Shown: positions 26,700 through 37,358 of the stretch, piece after piece | Position numbering within the stretch: the stretch's first letter is position 1 | Layout: each line of letters begins with the position of its first letter | From: Myxococcota bacterium | GTDB lineage: Bacteria; Myxococcota_A; UBA9042; PHBI01; JAWLBL01 | Length of the DNA stretch: 64,000 bases | NCBI GenBank assembly: GCA_041687695.1 | Contig: JAWLBL010000004.1 | Coordinates: forward strand, 192,001 to 256,000 | Reading direction: 5' to 3' | The notes under the pieces: generated by a model | Told to the model about the DNA's origin: nothing | What the model saw: only the letters and a program-made list of their open reading frames with translations | Database searches by the model: none | Position numbers and translations under genes: made by a program

Positions 26700-28091
26700 T
26701 TACTCGGCGTCGGGCGCCGGCTCGTCGGCCGGCGGCGGGCCGAAGGCGATGCGGGCGCCGGCCTCGACCGAGCGCAGCACGACGAACTCCTCTGGGGCCA
26801 GCCTTCGCTGGCCCTGCCACTTTCGAAGGGTGTCGCTCGCGCGTGTGCCGGCGTCCTGGCGCACCAGGGCCTCGGCCAGGCCTCCCAGGGCGACGTGGTC
26901 GCTCGGGTCCTTGGCCAGCCGCGCCTCGAAGGCGGCCTGCGCGGCCTTCGGGTCGCCCAGGCGCAGGGCGGCCTCGCCCTCGAGGTAGCGGGCCTCGTCG
27001 TCGGTCGCGCCGGCCAGGACCGCCGCCGCCAGCTCGGGGCGGCCGCCGACCAGGGCCTGCCGGGCGGCGACCAGCGCGTCTGGCGTGGGCGTCGCGATCT
27101 CGGGGGTCAGCTCCGTCAGCTGCGCCTCCTCGAGCTTCAGCTCGAGCAGGGCCAGGTGGCGCCGGACCAGGGCCCGGTCGGGGTCCAGGGCCAGCGCCTG
27201 GCGCCAGCGGCGGGCGGCGGCGCGCGGGTCGTTCATGACGGCGTGGACGGCGCCCAGCTTGTACAGCAGGACGACGTCGTCGGGTGACCCGGCGAGGGCG
27301 GCCTCGTAGGCGGTCAGCGCCTCGACGTAGCGGGCCTGCGCGAAGGCGTCGTCCCCTGGGTGGGCCGGCAGGTCGCCGGCCTCGGGGAGCGGCTCGGCGG
27401 GCGCGTCGGCCTGGGCGGCCCGAGGCGGGGCTTCAGTGGGGCGCTCGGAGTCGGCGAGGGCAGGGGTGACGCCGGGGTCCTGGGCCACGACGCCGTCGCG
27501 GATGAGGCGGGCGGCGGCCTGGCGCACCTCGAGGGCCTGGGGGCCGTTCGGGTCGCCGTGCCGCTCGAGGAAGCGCTCCATGGCCCACAGGGCGGCCGCG
27601 TTGTGCTTGCGGGCCTGGAAGACGTGGGCCAGCGCGTAGTAGGCCGGCGCGTCGTCCGGCTTGAAGGTGAGGAAGCGGGTCAGGGCGGCGGCGGCTGGCT
27701 CGTGCTGGCCCTGGCGGCGGAGGACCTCGCCGAGGTTGGCCCAGGCCTCGGCCAGCTCGGGGTCGAGGGAGACGGCCTCTTGCAGGTGGTCGGCGGCGGC
27801 GTCGAGGCGGCCGGCGCGCGCCTCGAGGAAGCCCAACTCGTTGTGGACCAGCGGGTAGGCGGGCCAGGCGGCGAGCGCCTGTCGGTACAGCTCCAGCGCG
27901 CGGTCGCGTTGGCCGCGCTGGGCGGCGACCTGGGCCTGCTCCTTGAGCTGCCGGGCCAGCGTCTGGCGGGCCTTGGCGTCGGCCGACAGCGGCGCGGAGG
28001 CCGGCGCGGGCGCGGCCGGCGCGGGCTGGGCCGCCGCGGCGCAGGGGAGGGCGAGGAGGCTGGCGGCGAGGAGGCGAGGCACGAGGCGCAT
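26700..28091 (-). CDS. Secreted TPR-repeat protein
   Basis: Signal peptide; TPR helices ([21 protein letters not shown]). Confidence 0.8.
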   Translation of the reverse strand: MRLVPRLLAASLLALPCAAAAQPAPAAPAPASAPLSADAKARQTLARQLKEQAQVAAQRGQRDRALELYRQALAAWPAYPLVHNELGFLEARAGRLDAAADHLQEAVSLDPELAEAWANLGEVLRRQGQHEPAAAALTRFLTFKPDDAPAYYALAHVFQARKHNAAALWAMERFLERHGDPNGPQALEVRQAAARLIRDGVVAQDPGVTPALADSERPTEAPPRAAQADAPAEPLPEAGDLPAHPGDDAFAQARYVEALTAYEAALAGSPDDVVLLYKLGAVHAVMNDPRAAARRWRQALALDPDRALVRRHLALLELKLEEAQLTELTPEIATPTPDALVAARQALVGGRPELAAAVLAGATDDEARYLEGEAALRLGDPKAAQAAFEARLAKDPSDHVALGGLAEALVRQDAGTRASDTLRKWQGQRRLAPEEFVVLRSVEAGARIAFGPPPADEPAPDAE

Positions 28092-28317
28092 GGGCGGCAC
28101 GATCCCACAGGGGCGGGGTCGGATCAAGGAAGCCGGGCGGGCGGCCCCTGGGCGTGCAGCGGCCGGCGCCATGGCCACGGCTCATGGCCATTGGCACGGC
28201 CACCGGCTCGGCACACCGCCGCGGCCAGGTCCACGGCGCGCGCGGCCTTCGTCGCGGCCTTGCCTTCGGCCGGCGCAGCCCGGACAATCGGCCGCCCTGC
28301 GTGGAGGACGCCCCGTC

Positions 28318-29514
28318 ATGACCCAGCCGAGCCTTCCAGACGCCCGTGGACACTTCGGCCCCTACGGGGGGCGGTACGTGTCCGAGATCCTGATGCCGAA
28401 CCTGCTCGCCCTCGAGGAGGCCTGGCGGACCGTCGTGCCGAGCGAGGCGTTCCAGGCCGAGCTGGACGACCTGCTGACCCACTTCGTGGGCCGTCCGTCG
28501 CCGCTGTACCTGGCCGAGCGGCTGACCGCGCACGCGGGCGGGGCGCGGATCTGGCTCAAGCGCGAGGACCTGAACCACACGGGCGCGCACAAGATCAACA
28601 ACTGCGTCGGGCAGGTGCTGCTGGCGCGGCACATGGGCAAGCGGCGCATCATCGCCGAGACGGGCGCCGGGCAGCACGGCGTCGCGACCGCGACGGTGGC
28701 GGCGCGCTTCGGCATGTCCTGCGTGGTCTACATGGGCGAGGAGGACATCGCCCGACAGAAGCTGAACGTGTTCCGGATGAAGCTGCTGGGCGCCGAGGTG
28801 CGGCCGGTGTCGGCCGGGTCGAAGACGCTCAAGGACGCGATGAACGAGGCGATGCGCGACTGGGTTTCGAACGTCGACGACACCTTCTACGTCATCGGCT
28901 CGGCGGCGGGGCCGCATCCGTATCCGGCGATGGTGCGCGACTTCCAGGCGATCATCGGGCGCGAGGCGCGCGAGCAGTCGCTGCGGCGCATGGGGCGGCT
29001 GCCGGACGTGCTGGTCGCCTGCGTGGGCGGCGGGTCGAACGCCATCGGGCTGTTCCACCCGTTCCTGGACGACGACGTGACGATGCTGGGCGTCGAGGCC
29101 GAGGGCGAGGGGATCGCCAGCGGGAGGCACGCGGCGACCCTGGTGGCCGGGCGGGTCGGCGTGCTGCACGGCGCCAAGAGCTACCTGCTGCAGGACGAAG
29201 ACGGGCAGGTGACCGAGACGCACAGCATCTCGGCGGGCCTCGACTACCCGGGCGTCGGGCCCGAGCACGCGTGGCTCAAGGACGCGGGGCGCGTCCGGTA
29301 CGTCTCGGTGACCGACGACGAGGCGCTCGAGGGGTTCCGGCTGATGTGCGAGCTCGAGGGCATCATCCCGGCGCTCGAGTCGAGCCACGCGGTGGCGGCG
29401 GCGCTGACGGCGGCCGCGCAGCTGCCGGCCGAGGGCAACGTGCTGGTCAACCTGAGCGGGCGTGGCGACAAGGACACGCACACGGTCGCGGCGGCGCGCG
29501 GCGTGGTGCTGTGA
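28318..29514 (+). CDS. trpB: Tryptophan synthase beta chain
   Basis: [15 protein letters not shown] (PLP lysine), [31 protein letters not shown] and [16 protein letters not shown]. Confidence 0.97.
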   Translation: MTQPSLPDARGHFGPYGGRYVSEILMPNLLALEEAWRTVVPSEAFQAELDDLLTHFVGRPSPLYLAERLTAHAGGARIWLKREDLNHTGAHKINNCVGQVLLARHMGKRRIIAETGAGQHGVATATVAARFGMSCVVYMGEEDIARQKLNVFRMKLLGAEVRPVSAGSKTLKDAMNEAMRDWVSNVDDTFYVIGSAAGPHPYPAMVRDFQAIIGREAREQSLRRMGRLPDVLVACVGGGSNAIGLFHPFLDDDVTMLGVEAEGEGIASGRHAATLVAGRVGVLHGAKSYLLQDEDGQVTETHSISAGLDYPGVGPEHAWLKDAGRVRYVSVTDDEALEGFRLMCELEGIIPALESSHAVAAALTAAAQLPAEGNVLVNLSGRGDKDTHTVAAARGVVL

Positions 29515-29981
29515 GCGGGATCACGACCGAGTCGACCGACTACGAGCGCCTCGGGGGCGAGGAGGGGCTGCGCGTCGTCATCGAGGACTTCATGGCGCGC
29601 GTCTTCGCCGACGACATGATCGGCTTCCTGTTCGAGGGCAAGCCCAAGCGCCGCATCGTCGAGATGGAGCTGCGGCTGGCGGTCGAGCAGCTCGGCGGCC
29701 CGAAGCCTTACACGGGCCGCTCGATGAAGGAGGCCCACCGCCGGTCGCCCATCCTCGGGGGGCACTTTGCAAGGCGGCGGAAGATCCTGCAAAACACCCT
29801 GGAGGACCATGGCGTCGACGAGGACGTCATCGCGCGCTGGCTGGGCCACGTCGACGGGTTGCGCGACGAGGTGCTGGGGGCGGGCGTCTCCGAGCTGACC
29901 TGTAACCACGATCTGCAAGCGGCGCGGCTGACCGAGGGCGAGGACCCCGACGGCGCTCGCCGGGAACCGGAGGACGGATGA
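29511..29981 (+). CDS. Truncated (2/2) hemoglobin, group I-like
   Basis: [23 protein letters not shown] (proximal His); GTG start overlaps the trpB stop (GTGA). Confidence 0.85.
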   Translation: MSGITTESTDYERLGGEEGLRVVIEDFMARVFADDMIGFLFEGKPKRRIVEMELRLAVEQLGGPKPYTGRSMKEAHRRSPILGGHFARRRKILQNTLEDHGVDEDVIARWLGHVDGLRDEVLGAGVSELTCNHDLQAARLTEGEDPDGARREPEDG

Positions 29982-30802
29982 TGCTGGCCCGAACCATCGC
30001 GCTGGGTGCGCTGCTGCTGGCCGCGCCGTCGGCGCTCGCCGACGACATCGAGCTCAAGGACCCGGCCGGCGACGACTTCGGCCCGGGCACCTACAAGTAC
30101 CCGACCGACGCCGTCTACAAGCGGGGCAGCTTCGATCTGCGCGAGGTGCAGCTGCTCGACAAGGGCGACAAGGTCGAGGTGCGCGTCACCGTCGGCGCGA
30201 CGATCGAGGATCCCTGGAACTCGAAGGAGTGGGACGGCAACGGGTTCTCGCTGCAGATGGTCCAGATCTACATCGACACCGACAACCAGGCGGGCAGCGG
30301 CCACACCGAGACGCTGCCGGGGCTCAACGCGACGTTCGCCGCCGAGGACGCCTGGGACAAGGTCATCATCCTGTCCCCGCAGGGCAAGCGGCGCCTCGAG
30401 GCCGAGGTCGCGCAGAAGGCCGGGGCCATGAAGGGGGCGGTCGTGGTGCCGACCAGGACGACGGCGCGCGGCAAGACGCTGATCGCGACCATCGCCAAGA
30501 AGGACCTGGGCGGGGCGCCCTCGAAGGCCTGGGGTTACCAGGTGGTGATGCAGTCGAACGAGGGGTATCCGGCGGCGACGGATCTGCTGAGCCGCAAGGT
30601 CAACGAGTACGAGGGGCAGCACCGCTTCGGGGGCGGCAGCGACCACGAGTGCGACCCGCACGTGCTCGACGCGCTCGTCGGGCCGGCCAAGGGCGAGGCG
30701 GCCGAGAAGGACGGGCAGAAGCAGGCCCTGAGCTACGAGTGCGGGCCCGAGGGCGAGCGCAAGCGGCCCGCCGTCCTGCCGATGGTCCGGCTCGGACGCT
30801 GA
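29978..30802 (+). CDS. Secreted glucodextranase/amylopullulanase C-terminal DOMON-like domain protein
   Basis: DPAGDDFGPGTYKYPTD...FDL and NGFSLQMVQIYID; signal peptide. Confidence 0.78.
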   Translation: MMLARTIALGALLLAAPSALADDIELKDPAGDDFGPGTYKYPTDAVYKRGSFDLREVQLLDKGDKVEVRVTVGATIEDPWNSKEWDGNGFSLQMVQIYIDTDNQAGSGHTETLPGLNATFAAEDAWDKVIILSPQGKRRLEAEVAQKAGAMKGAVVVPTRTTARGKTLIATIAKKDLGGAPSKAWGYQVVMQSNEGYPAATDLLSRKVNEYEGQHRFGGGSDHECDPHVLDALVGPAKGEAAEKDGQKQALSYECGPEGERKRPAVLPMVRLGR

Positions 30803-30803
30803 G

Positions 30804-31385
30804 GTGGAGCAGGGGCCTGCCGACGCGGCGGACCGGGACCTCGCGCGCGCGCCGGCCGCGGTCGACGCAACAGGCGCGCCCGAGTCGCCGATCTCGGACG
30901 CGGGGCTCGAGCAGGCGGCGGCGCGCGTGGCCGAGGCGCTGCGGCGGGTGCGCAAGCGCGCCCCCAAGGAGGTCACGCGCGCGGTCCGCGAGGCGCTCGA
31001 GGCGGTCTTCGCCGTCGTCGAGGGCGGGCAGCGCGCGCCGGCGCCGCGCGTGGCGCTGCTGCGGCGGCTCGAGGCGCTCGACGGCGAGCTGCACGCGCGC
31101 GACATCTTCGTGCCGCAGTTCTACGAGGGCGCGCGCCTGGCGGTCGTGCGGCGCTACGATCCGATCCGCATCCGGTTCGTCGTCGACGAGGGGGCGGCGC
31201 GGGCGCACATCGACCGCTACGTCGGGCGCATCGCGCGGCAGGAGCGGCGGCTGCGCTACTTCTACGAGCGGGCCGGGCTGCAGGTCGACCCGGTGCCCGA
31301 GCTGCGGCCGTGGGAGCAGCCCTACGCCGCCATGGAGGTCGACCGCGAGTTCCTGTGGCGCAAACCGCGGACGTTCAGCGGCTGA
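30804..31385 (+). CDS. Hypothetical protein
   Basis: ORF tightly packed in the operon with GC3-rich codons. Confidence 0.6.
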   Translation: MEQGPADAADRDLARAPAAVDATGAPESPISDAGLEQAAARVAEALRRVRKRAPKEVTRAVREALEAVFAVVEGGQRAPAPRVALLRRLEALDGELHARDIFVPQFYEGARLAVVRRYDPIRIRFVVDEGAARAHIDRYVGRIARQERRLRYFYERAGLQVDPVPELRPWEQPYAAMEVDREFLWRKPRTFSG

Positions 31386-31500
31386 CACCGCGGTCCGGGC
31401 CGAAGGGAAGGGCGCGATCTTCACGGCGGGGGGGCCCGAGGGTATGGTGCGCGGCCACCCTGGACGAAGCCCCATCCCATCCGATCGAGGAGTCGACCTC

Positions 31501-31956
31501 ATGGTTCAGCCCGGCGAGCGCGCCCCGGACTTCAGCGTCACCGACCACCTGGGCAACACCTGGACCCTGGCGGACCTCAGCGGCCAATGGGCCGTGCTGT
31601 GGTTCTATCCCAAGGCCGACACGCCCGGCTGCACGGCCGAGGGCTGCGGCTTCCGCGACATGGCCAAGGAGTACGAGGCCCGCGGCGCGCGCATCCTGGG
31701 CGTCAGCTTCGACACGGCCGAGGACAACGCCGCCTTCGCCGACAAGTTCGGGTTCCAGTTCCCGCTGCTGTGCGACACCGACCGGGAGCTCGGGCGCAAG
31801 TTCGGCGCGGCGGACGGGGACGGCGCCTACGCCCGCCGCATCGGCGTCATCATCGACCCGAACGGGCGCGTCGCGGCCTATCACCCCTCGGTGAACGCGC
31901 GGACCTTCCCGGCCGAGGCCCTGGCCCAGATCGACGAGCTGCAGGGCCTGGCCTGA
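31501..31956 (+). CDS. bcp: Peroxiredoxin, BCP/PrxQ family
   Basis: FYPKADTPGCTAEGC motif; GAGGAG SD. Confidence 0.9.
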   Translation: MVQPGERAPDFSVTDHLGNTWTLADLSGQWAVLWFYPKADTPGCTAEGCGFRDMAKEYEARGARILGVSFDTAEDNAAFADKFGFQFPLLCDTDRELGRKFGAADGDGAYARRIGVIIDPNGRVAAYHPSVNARTFPAEALAQIDELQGLA

Positions 31957-32035
31957 GGCCGACCGCGCGCACGCGGGTGGACCGCCGGGCGCCGCTGCTG
32001 GTAAGAGTCGCCGGGCCGAACGCGAGGAGAGGGCG

Positions 32036-33604
32036 ATGGAGACGCTGCAGAGTTACGTCGAAGGGGCTTGGGTCACCGGACGCGGCGCGCCGACCGCGCT
32101 GCGCGATCCGTCGACCGAGGAGGTCGTCGCCGAGAGCTCGACCGAGGGCCTCGACTTCGGACGCGCCCTGGCCTTCGCCCGCGAGCGCGGCGCCCCGGCC
32201 CTGCAGGCGATGACCTTCGCCGAGCGAGGGCAGCTGCTCGCGCGCCTCGCCGAGGTCGTGGTCGCCCAGCGCAACCACCTGCTCGACCTGTCGATGCTCA
32301 ACAACGGCGCCACCCGCAGCGACGCCAAGTTCGACGTCGACGGCGCGTCGTTCACGCTGGCCGCCTACGCCGAGCTGGGCGCCGAGCTGGGCGACCGCCG
32401 CTACCTGGTCGACGGCGAGGCGATCGAGCTGCTGCGGTCCAAGCGCCTGGCGGGCCTGCACGTCAAGGTGCCGCGCCCCGGCGCCGCGGTCCACGTCAAC
32501 GCGTTCAACTTCCCCGCGTGGGGGCTGGCCGAGAAGCTGGCCGTGGCGCTGCTGGCCGGCATGCCCGTCGTGACCAAGCCCGCGACGGCGACCGCGCTGA
32601 CGTCCTGGGCCCTGGCGCGGGCGCTGGTGGGGTCGGGCGCGCTGCCCGAGGGCGCGCTGAGCTTCATCGCCGGCAACCCGGGCGACCTCGTGGACCACCT
32701 GCGGGGCGGCGACGTGCTGGCCTTCACCGGCTCGAGCGCCATCGGGCGGCAGCTGCGGAGCCTGCCGCACGTCCTGGCCGAGGGCATCCCCGTGAACGTC
32801 GAGGCCGACAGCGTCAACGCCGCGGTCCTGGGGCCCGACGTCGCGCCGGGCGACGCCGCCTTCGATCTGTTCATCCGCGACGTCTTCCGCGACATCACCC
32901 AGAAGACCGGCCAGAAGTGCACGGCCATCCGGCGCGTCCTGGTGCCCGAGGCCCAGGTGGACGCCGTGGTCGAGGCGCTGGCCGAGCAGGCCGCCAGGCT
33001 GAAGATCGGCGATCCGCGCGCGGACGGCGTCCGCATGGGGCCTGTTGTCACCGCCCGGCAGCGCGACGACGTGCTGGCGGGGGTCGCGCGTCTGTCCGAG
33101 ACGGTCACCCGCGTGCACGGGCGCGGGCGCCCCGCCGAGGTCGTCGGCGTCGAGGGCGAGCGCGGTTACTTCGTGGACGTGCACCTGTTCCGGGCCGAGA
33201 GCCCGGCGGCGGCGCTGGCCGCCGAGGCCGTCCACGCGCACGAGGTCTTCGGGCCGGTCGCGACGGTGCTGCCGTACGACGGCACGGCGCGCCAGGCGAG
33301 CCAGATGGTCGCGCTGGGCCGCGGCGGGCTGGTCGCGTCGGTCTACGGCGAGGACCGCGGCTGGACGCGGGACGTGGTGCTGGGGCTCGCCCCCTGGAGC
33401 GGCCGGGTCACCATCGGCAGCGAGAAGATCGCCGAGAGCTCGCCGGGGCCGGGGACGGTCCTGCCGCAGCTGGTGCACGGCGGCCCGGGGCGCGCGGGCG
33501 GTGGCGAGGAGCTGGGCGGCCTCCGCGGGATGGACTTCTACATGCAGCGGACCGCGCTGCAGGGCTACCGACCGCTGCTCGAGCGGCTGTTCGACGGGAC
33601 CTGA
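32036..33604 (+). CDS. PaaZ/BoxD-type CoA-semialdehyde dehydrogenase (ALDH domain only)
   Basis: HVNAFNFPAWG, FTGS, VEADSVN, GQKCTAIRR and HGGPGRAGGGEELGG; no C-terminal MaoC domain. Confidence 0.88.
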   Translation: METLQSYVEGAWVTGRGAPTALRDPSTEEVVAESSTEGLDFGRALAFARERGAPALQAMTFAERGQLLARLAEVVVAQRNHLLDLSMLNNGATRSDAKFDVDGASFTLAAYAELGAELGDRRYLVDGEAIELLRSKRLAGLHVKVPRPGAAVHVNAFNFPAWGLAEKLAVALLAGMPVVTKPATATALTSWALARALVGSGALPEGALSFIAGNPGDLVDHLRGGDVLAFTGSSAIGRQLRSLPHVLAEGIPVNVEADSVNAAVLGPDVAPGDAAFDLFIRDVFRDITQKTGQKCTAIRRVLVPEAQVDAVVEALAEQAARLKIGDPRADGVRMGPVVTARQRDDVLAGVARLSETVTRVHGRGRPAEVVGVEGERGYFVDVHLFRAESPAAALAAEAVHAHEVFGPVATVLPYDGTARQASQMVALGRGGLVASVYGEDRGWTRDVVLGLAPWSGRVTIGSEKIAESSPGPGTVLPQLVHGGPGRAGGGEELGGLRGMDFYMQRTALQGYRPLLERLFDGT

Positions 33605-33623
33605 GGCTAGGCGGGGCCCGGCG

Positions 33624-35651
33624 TCAGGCGGCGCTGGGCCCGCACAGCGGCAGGCGGATGTGCACGACGGTGCCGCGGCCCTCGTGGCTGTCGACGTCGA
33701 TGCGTCCGCCGAGGGCCTCGACCAGGCTCTTGCTGATGGCCAGCCCCAAGCCGAACCCGGCCCGCGAGGGCGCGGCGCGCCAGAAGCGATCGAACACGCG
33801 CGGCAGATCGCGCGCGGCGATGCCCGGCCCGGTGTCGGCCACCCACAGGTGCAGCGCGTCGGCTTCGCGGCGCGCGCCCAGCTCGATGCGCCCGCCCGCC
33901 GGCGTGAACTTCATCGCGTTGCCGACCAGGTTCTCCAGCGCCTGCTGGAGGCGGTGGCGGTCGGTCAGCACGCGCGGGAGGCTGCCCTCGGCCCAGACGA
34001 CCAGCTCGAGGTCGCGCTCGTGGGCGATGGGACGCGCCATCGTCACGACGCCCTGGAGGATCTCGAGCGGGTCCTCGTCGGTCGCGGCCAGTTCGAAGAC
34101 ACCCGCCTCGAGCGCGACCACGTCCATCAGATCCCGGATGAGGCGGTCGGCCCGCTCGGCGGCGCGCTCGATGCGCTCGAGCGCCTCGTCGACCACGCGC
34201 GGCCCCGGCTGCGAGGGCAGGCGGCGGCGTGCGAACTGGGCGTCGATGCGGATGGCCTGCACGGGGTTGCGGAGATCGTGCGAGACGACGGCCAGGACCT
34301 CCTCGCGGCTGCGGGCGGCCTCGCGGGCGGCCTCGAACAGGCGGGCGTTGTCCACGGCCAGGCCGGCGCGGGCGGCCAGCTCGGTGGCGTGGGCGAGGTC
34401 GGCGTGCCCGAAGCAGGGCTCTCGGGAGGTGCGTCCCATCCACAGGACGCCCAAGGTGCGCCCGCGTGCGCACAGCGGGACGGCGGCGAGGCAGCTCAGG
34501 TCCAGACGCTCGGCGGCCTCGCGCAGGCGCGGATCGGGGAAGGTGGCCTCCGCCCAGGCCGGGCCGGCGTCGGGGATGAAGGTGGGCGTGCCGCTGACGA
34601 GCACCTCGTGTAGATCGAGCCCGCGCGAGACCGCCTCGAGGTCGTCGGTCAGCGTGGCGAGCCGCTGTTGGGCCTCGGGGCCGTCGGCGTGGGCCAGCGC
34701 GACGCGCTCGAGGCGGTCGCCGTCGCCGACGGCGATCATCGCGCAGCGCGCCAGCTCGGGCACGACGAGGGCGGCGAGGGCCTCGAGGCGGGTGTGAACC
34801 TCGAAGCCGCTCGTGAGCTCCTTTCCGGCGGCGGCCAGCAGGGCCAGGCGACGCTCGGCGGCCCGGCGCTCGGTGACGTCGCGGATGAACAGGGCCTGAC
34901 GGCGCGCGTTCACGCTGGTGACGATGCACGAGGCCACCTCGACCCGGATCCGGCGCCCGTCCTTGTGCACGACGTCGATCTCGCCGCGGACGTGCCCGGT
35001 CCGATGGCAGTCCTCGACGATCCGGCGGCGCTCGTCGTCGGGGCCGTCCATGAACTCCGTGGCGCGGCGCCCGCGGACCTCGTCGACGGACCAGGCGAGC
35101 ATCGCCGTGATGGCCGGGTTGGCGTCGAGGATGTGCCCCTCGAGATCCAGGATGAGGATGCCGTCGAGGCTGTGCTCGAAGAGCGAGCGATAGCGCGACT
35201 CGCTGGCCCGCAGGGCGTCGAGCGCGCGGTGACGATCGGTGGTCTCGCGTTGGATGGCGACGAAGTGGGTCAGGTGGCCGGCCTCGTCGTAGACCGGCCG
35301 GATGGTGTGCTCGACCCAGAAGGCGGTGCCGTCCTTGCGGTGGTTGACCATCTCGATGCGCACCGTCTTGTGGGCCCGCAGATCGCGGCCGATGGCGGCG
35401 GCGACCTCGGGGTCCGTGCCGGGCCCCTGCAGGAAGCGGGGGTTGCGCCCCAGGGCCTCGTCGGCGGTGTAGCCGGTCATCCGGGTGAAGGCGGGGTTGA
35501 CGTAGACGATGCGAGGGCCGGGCTCGTCCAGCTCGGGCTCGGTCACCATCAGGGCGTCGTGCGCGTGGGTGACCGCGGCCTCGAGGAGCCGCAGGCGGGC
35601 TTCGGGAAACGATCGAAGCCGATGGGGGTCTTGGGGAGGTCGGGGGTGCAT
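33624..35651 (-). CDS. PAS(LOV-like)-PAS-GAF sensor histidine kinase
   Basis: GRNPRFLQG PAS, second PAS, GAF, H-box VSHDLRNP, NLVGNAMKFT, DTGPGI, GLGLAI; start uncertain. Confidence 0.9.
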   Translation of the reverse strand: MHPRPPQDPHRLRSFPEARLRLLEAAVTHAHDALMVTEPELDEPGPRIVYVNPAFTRMTGYTADEALGRNPRFLQGPGTDPEVAAAIGRDLRAHKTVRIEMVNHRKDGTAFWVEHTIRPVYDEAGHLTHFVAIQRETTDRHRALDALRASESRYRSLFEHSLDGILILDLEGHILDANPAITAMLAWSVDEVRGRRATEFMDGPDDERRRIVEDCHRTGHVRGEIDVVHKDGRRIRVEVASCIVTSVNARRQALFIRDVTERRAAERRLALLAAAGKELTSGFEVHTRLEALAALVVPELARCAMIAVGDGDRLERVALAHADGPEAQQRLATLTDDLEAVSRGLDLHEVLVSGTPTFIPDAGPAWAEATFPDPRLREAAERLDLSCLAAVPLCARGRTLGVLWMGRTSREPCFGHADLAHATELAARAGLAVDNARLFEAAREAARSREEVLAVVSHDLRNPVQAIRIDAQFARRRLPSQPGPRVVDEALERIERAAERADRLIRDLMDVVALEAGVFELAATDEDPLEILQGVVTMARPIAHERDLELVVWAEGSLPRVLTDRHRLQQALENLVGNAMKFTPAGGRIELGARREADALHLWVADTGPGIAARDLPRVFDRFWRAAPSRAGFGLGLAISKSLVEALGGRIDVDSHEGRGTVVHIRLPLCGPSAA

Positions 35652-35876
35652 CCAGTCTGGAATGATACGGGCCGTCCATGGCGCGCCCAGCCGTTGGGCC
35701 CAATAACGAGGGGCGTGCGCCGGACGACGCGAGATTCGACGGAGTTTTCGCCACCGCGCGGGGTCGATCGGACCAGGCGTTCGTGGGCGTTCGGCCCGGG
35801 GGCGGCGCGCTCGGTGTGAATAGGCGCGCGGGTCGGCGCGTCGCAGCCCCGTCCTGGTGGACGCGAGGTGCTTAGA

Positions 35877-36860
35877 ATGATTGGATTTCCTGTCCGGCCG
35901 CCGCGGCTCCTGATCGTCCTGCTCACCACGGCCGCGCTGGTCGTCCCGGCCGTCGCCTCGGCCCATCCGGGCGGCGGACACGGGCGTCGCGGGCCCGCCT
36001 ACCGCGTCTACCGTCAGGCGCCGCCCTATGTCGTCCGGCGGCAGGCGCGGCCGCGCGTCTACGTCGGCCGTCCGCGTGCGCGGGTCGTGTGGCCGCCGGT
36101 CGTGGTCGTGCCCGCGCCGCCGCCGGTGGTAGTGGTCCCGCGCTACCGCTACGAGGTCCAGCCCGTCCCGGCGCCGCCCGACGAGCGTTGGGAGGACGAG
36201 GTCCAGCCGGTGGATCCCGACGAGGCGCCCGACGACGACGAGCGTTGGGGCGACGACGACCCCGAGGAGGTCTGGGAGGACGACGCGCCCCCGCAGAATC
36301 GTCCGGGAACGCCGCCCGATCTCCAGGATCCGTGGCGCCCCGACCCGCCGACCTACCAGGCCCCGCGCGCGCCGGCCCCGCGGCCGTCGCAGCCGCAAAA
36401 CCCGACGCCGGCCCCCGCGCCCGCCCCCGAAAGGGCCAGCCAGAGCGTGGCCGGCCTCGAGCAGGAGATCCTGCGCCTGGTCAACGTCGAGCGGCAGCGC
36501 GCCGGGCTGACCCCGCTGAAGCACGCTCCGGCCCTGGTGCAGCCCGCGCGTCGGCACAGCCGCGAGATGCTCGAGCTGAAGTACTTCTCGCACACCTCGC
36601 CCGTGCGCGAGCACGCCGAGTTCACCGACCGCCTGCGCCTCGCCGGCGTCAAGGACTACGGCGTCGCCGGCGAGAACCTGGCGATGCGGTCACGCACGCC
36701 CGATCTGGCGGCGATGCTGGTCCAGATGTGGATGGACAGCCCGGGTCACCGGGCCAACATCCTCGAGCCGCGGTTTCGCTACCTCGGCGTCGGGGTCCAC
36801 GGCGACGACCGCGTCGTCTACGCGACGCAGCTCTTCACCTCGAAGCTGAACGGGCGCTGA
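35877..36860 (+). CDS. Secreted CAP/SCP domain protein with a Pro-rich, acidic N-terminus
   Basis: LVNVERQRAGL, HSREM...FSH, GENLA and WMDSPGHRANIL. Confidence 0.88.
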   Translation: MIGFPVRPPRLLIVLLTTAALVVPAVASAHPGGGHGRRGPAYRVYRQAPPYVVRRQARPRVYVGRPRARVVWPPVVVVPAPPPVVVVPRYRYEVQPVPAPPDERWEDEVQPVDPDEAPDDDERWGDDDPEEVWEDDAPPQNRPGTPPDLQDPWRPDPPTYQAPRAPAPRPSQPQNPTPAPAPAPERASQSVAGLEQEILRLVNVERQRAGLTPLKHAPALVQPARRHSREMLELKYFSHTSPVREHAEFTDRLRLAGVKDYGVAGENLAMRSRTPDLAAMLVQMWMDSPGHRANILEPRFRYLGVGVHGDDRVVYATQLFTSKLNGR

Positions 36861-36888
36861 CGCGAGCGGGCGGCCGGCGACGGCGGGC

Positions 36889-37260
36889 CTACAGGGGGCG
36901 GACGACCCAGTAGGCCCCGCTCCGCTGAAGGTGGAGCTTGTCGCGGTGCAGCGCGACCCGGAAGGCGTCGACCAGCTCGGCCGCGGTGATGGGTCGGGGC
37001 GCCAGCAACGTCAGCGTCCGGTCACCCAAATCCGAGGGCTGCAGCAGGATGTTCATCTGCGACACGCAGGAGACCAGGCGCGCCACGTCGACCAGCGGCA
37101 TCGCCTCGAAGTCGACCCGGAAGCGCTCGCCGCGCTTGGCGGGGCGACACGTCTGGGCAGCTTCGCGGGCTGGCGTGGGCGGCGGGGCGTCGGCCCGGGC
37201 CGGAGAGGCGGTCAGGGCGGCGAGGGCCAGCAGCCCGAGCGTGCATCGGAGTCGTCGCAT
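36889..37260 (-). CDS. Small secreted protein resembling a stand-alone secretin (GspD) N0 domain
   Basis: Signal peptide, then FRVDFEAMPLVDVARLVS...NILL...TLTLLAPRPIT...AFRVAL, similar to the GspD N0 pattern. Confidence 0.6.
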   Translation of the reverse strand: MRRLRCTLGLLALAALTASPARADAPPPTPAREAAQTCRPAKRGERFRVDFEAMPLVDVARLVSCVSQMNILLQPSDLGDRTLTLLAPRPITAAELVDAFRVALHRDKLHLQRSGAYWVVRPL

Positions 37261-37358
37261 CACCGGCCGGAGCGTGGCACGGGGCCGCGGCCGCCTCAAG
37301 CGCGGGGCTGCCCAGGTTCCTTGAATCGGAGGCGGGGCGAGGGCAGGATGCAGCGCGC

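Noticed and set aside
27360..29981. 873-aa ORF fusing upstream sequence to the globin
   Set aside because: Off-frame read-through across trpB; only the last ~156 codons are globin-like.
31620..31650. Selenocysteine in the BCP peroxiredoxin
   Set aside because: The peroxidatic codon is TGC (Cys), not TGA.
33624..36614. 996-aa version of the histidine kinase
   Set aside because: The extra N-terminal part is antisense to the CAP-domain gene; the domains start near 35600.
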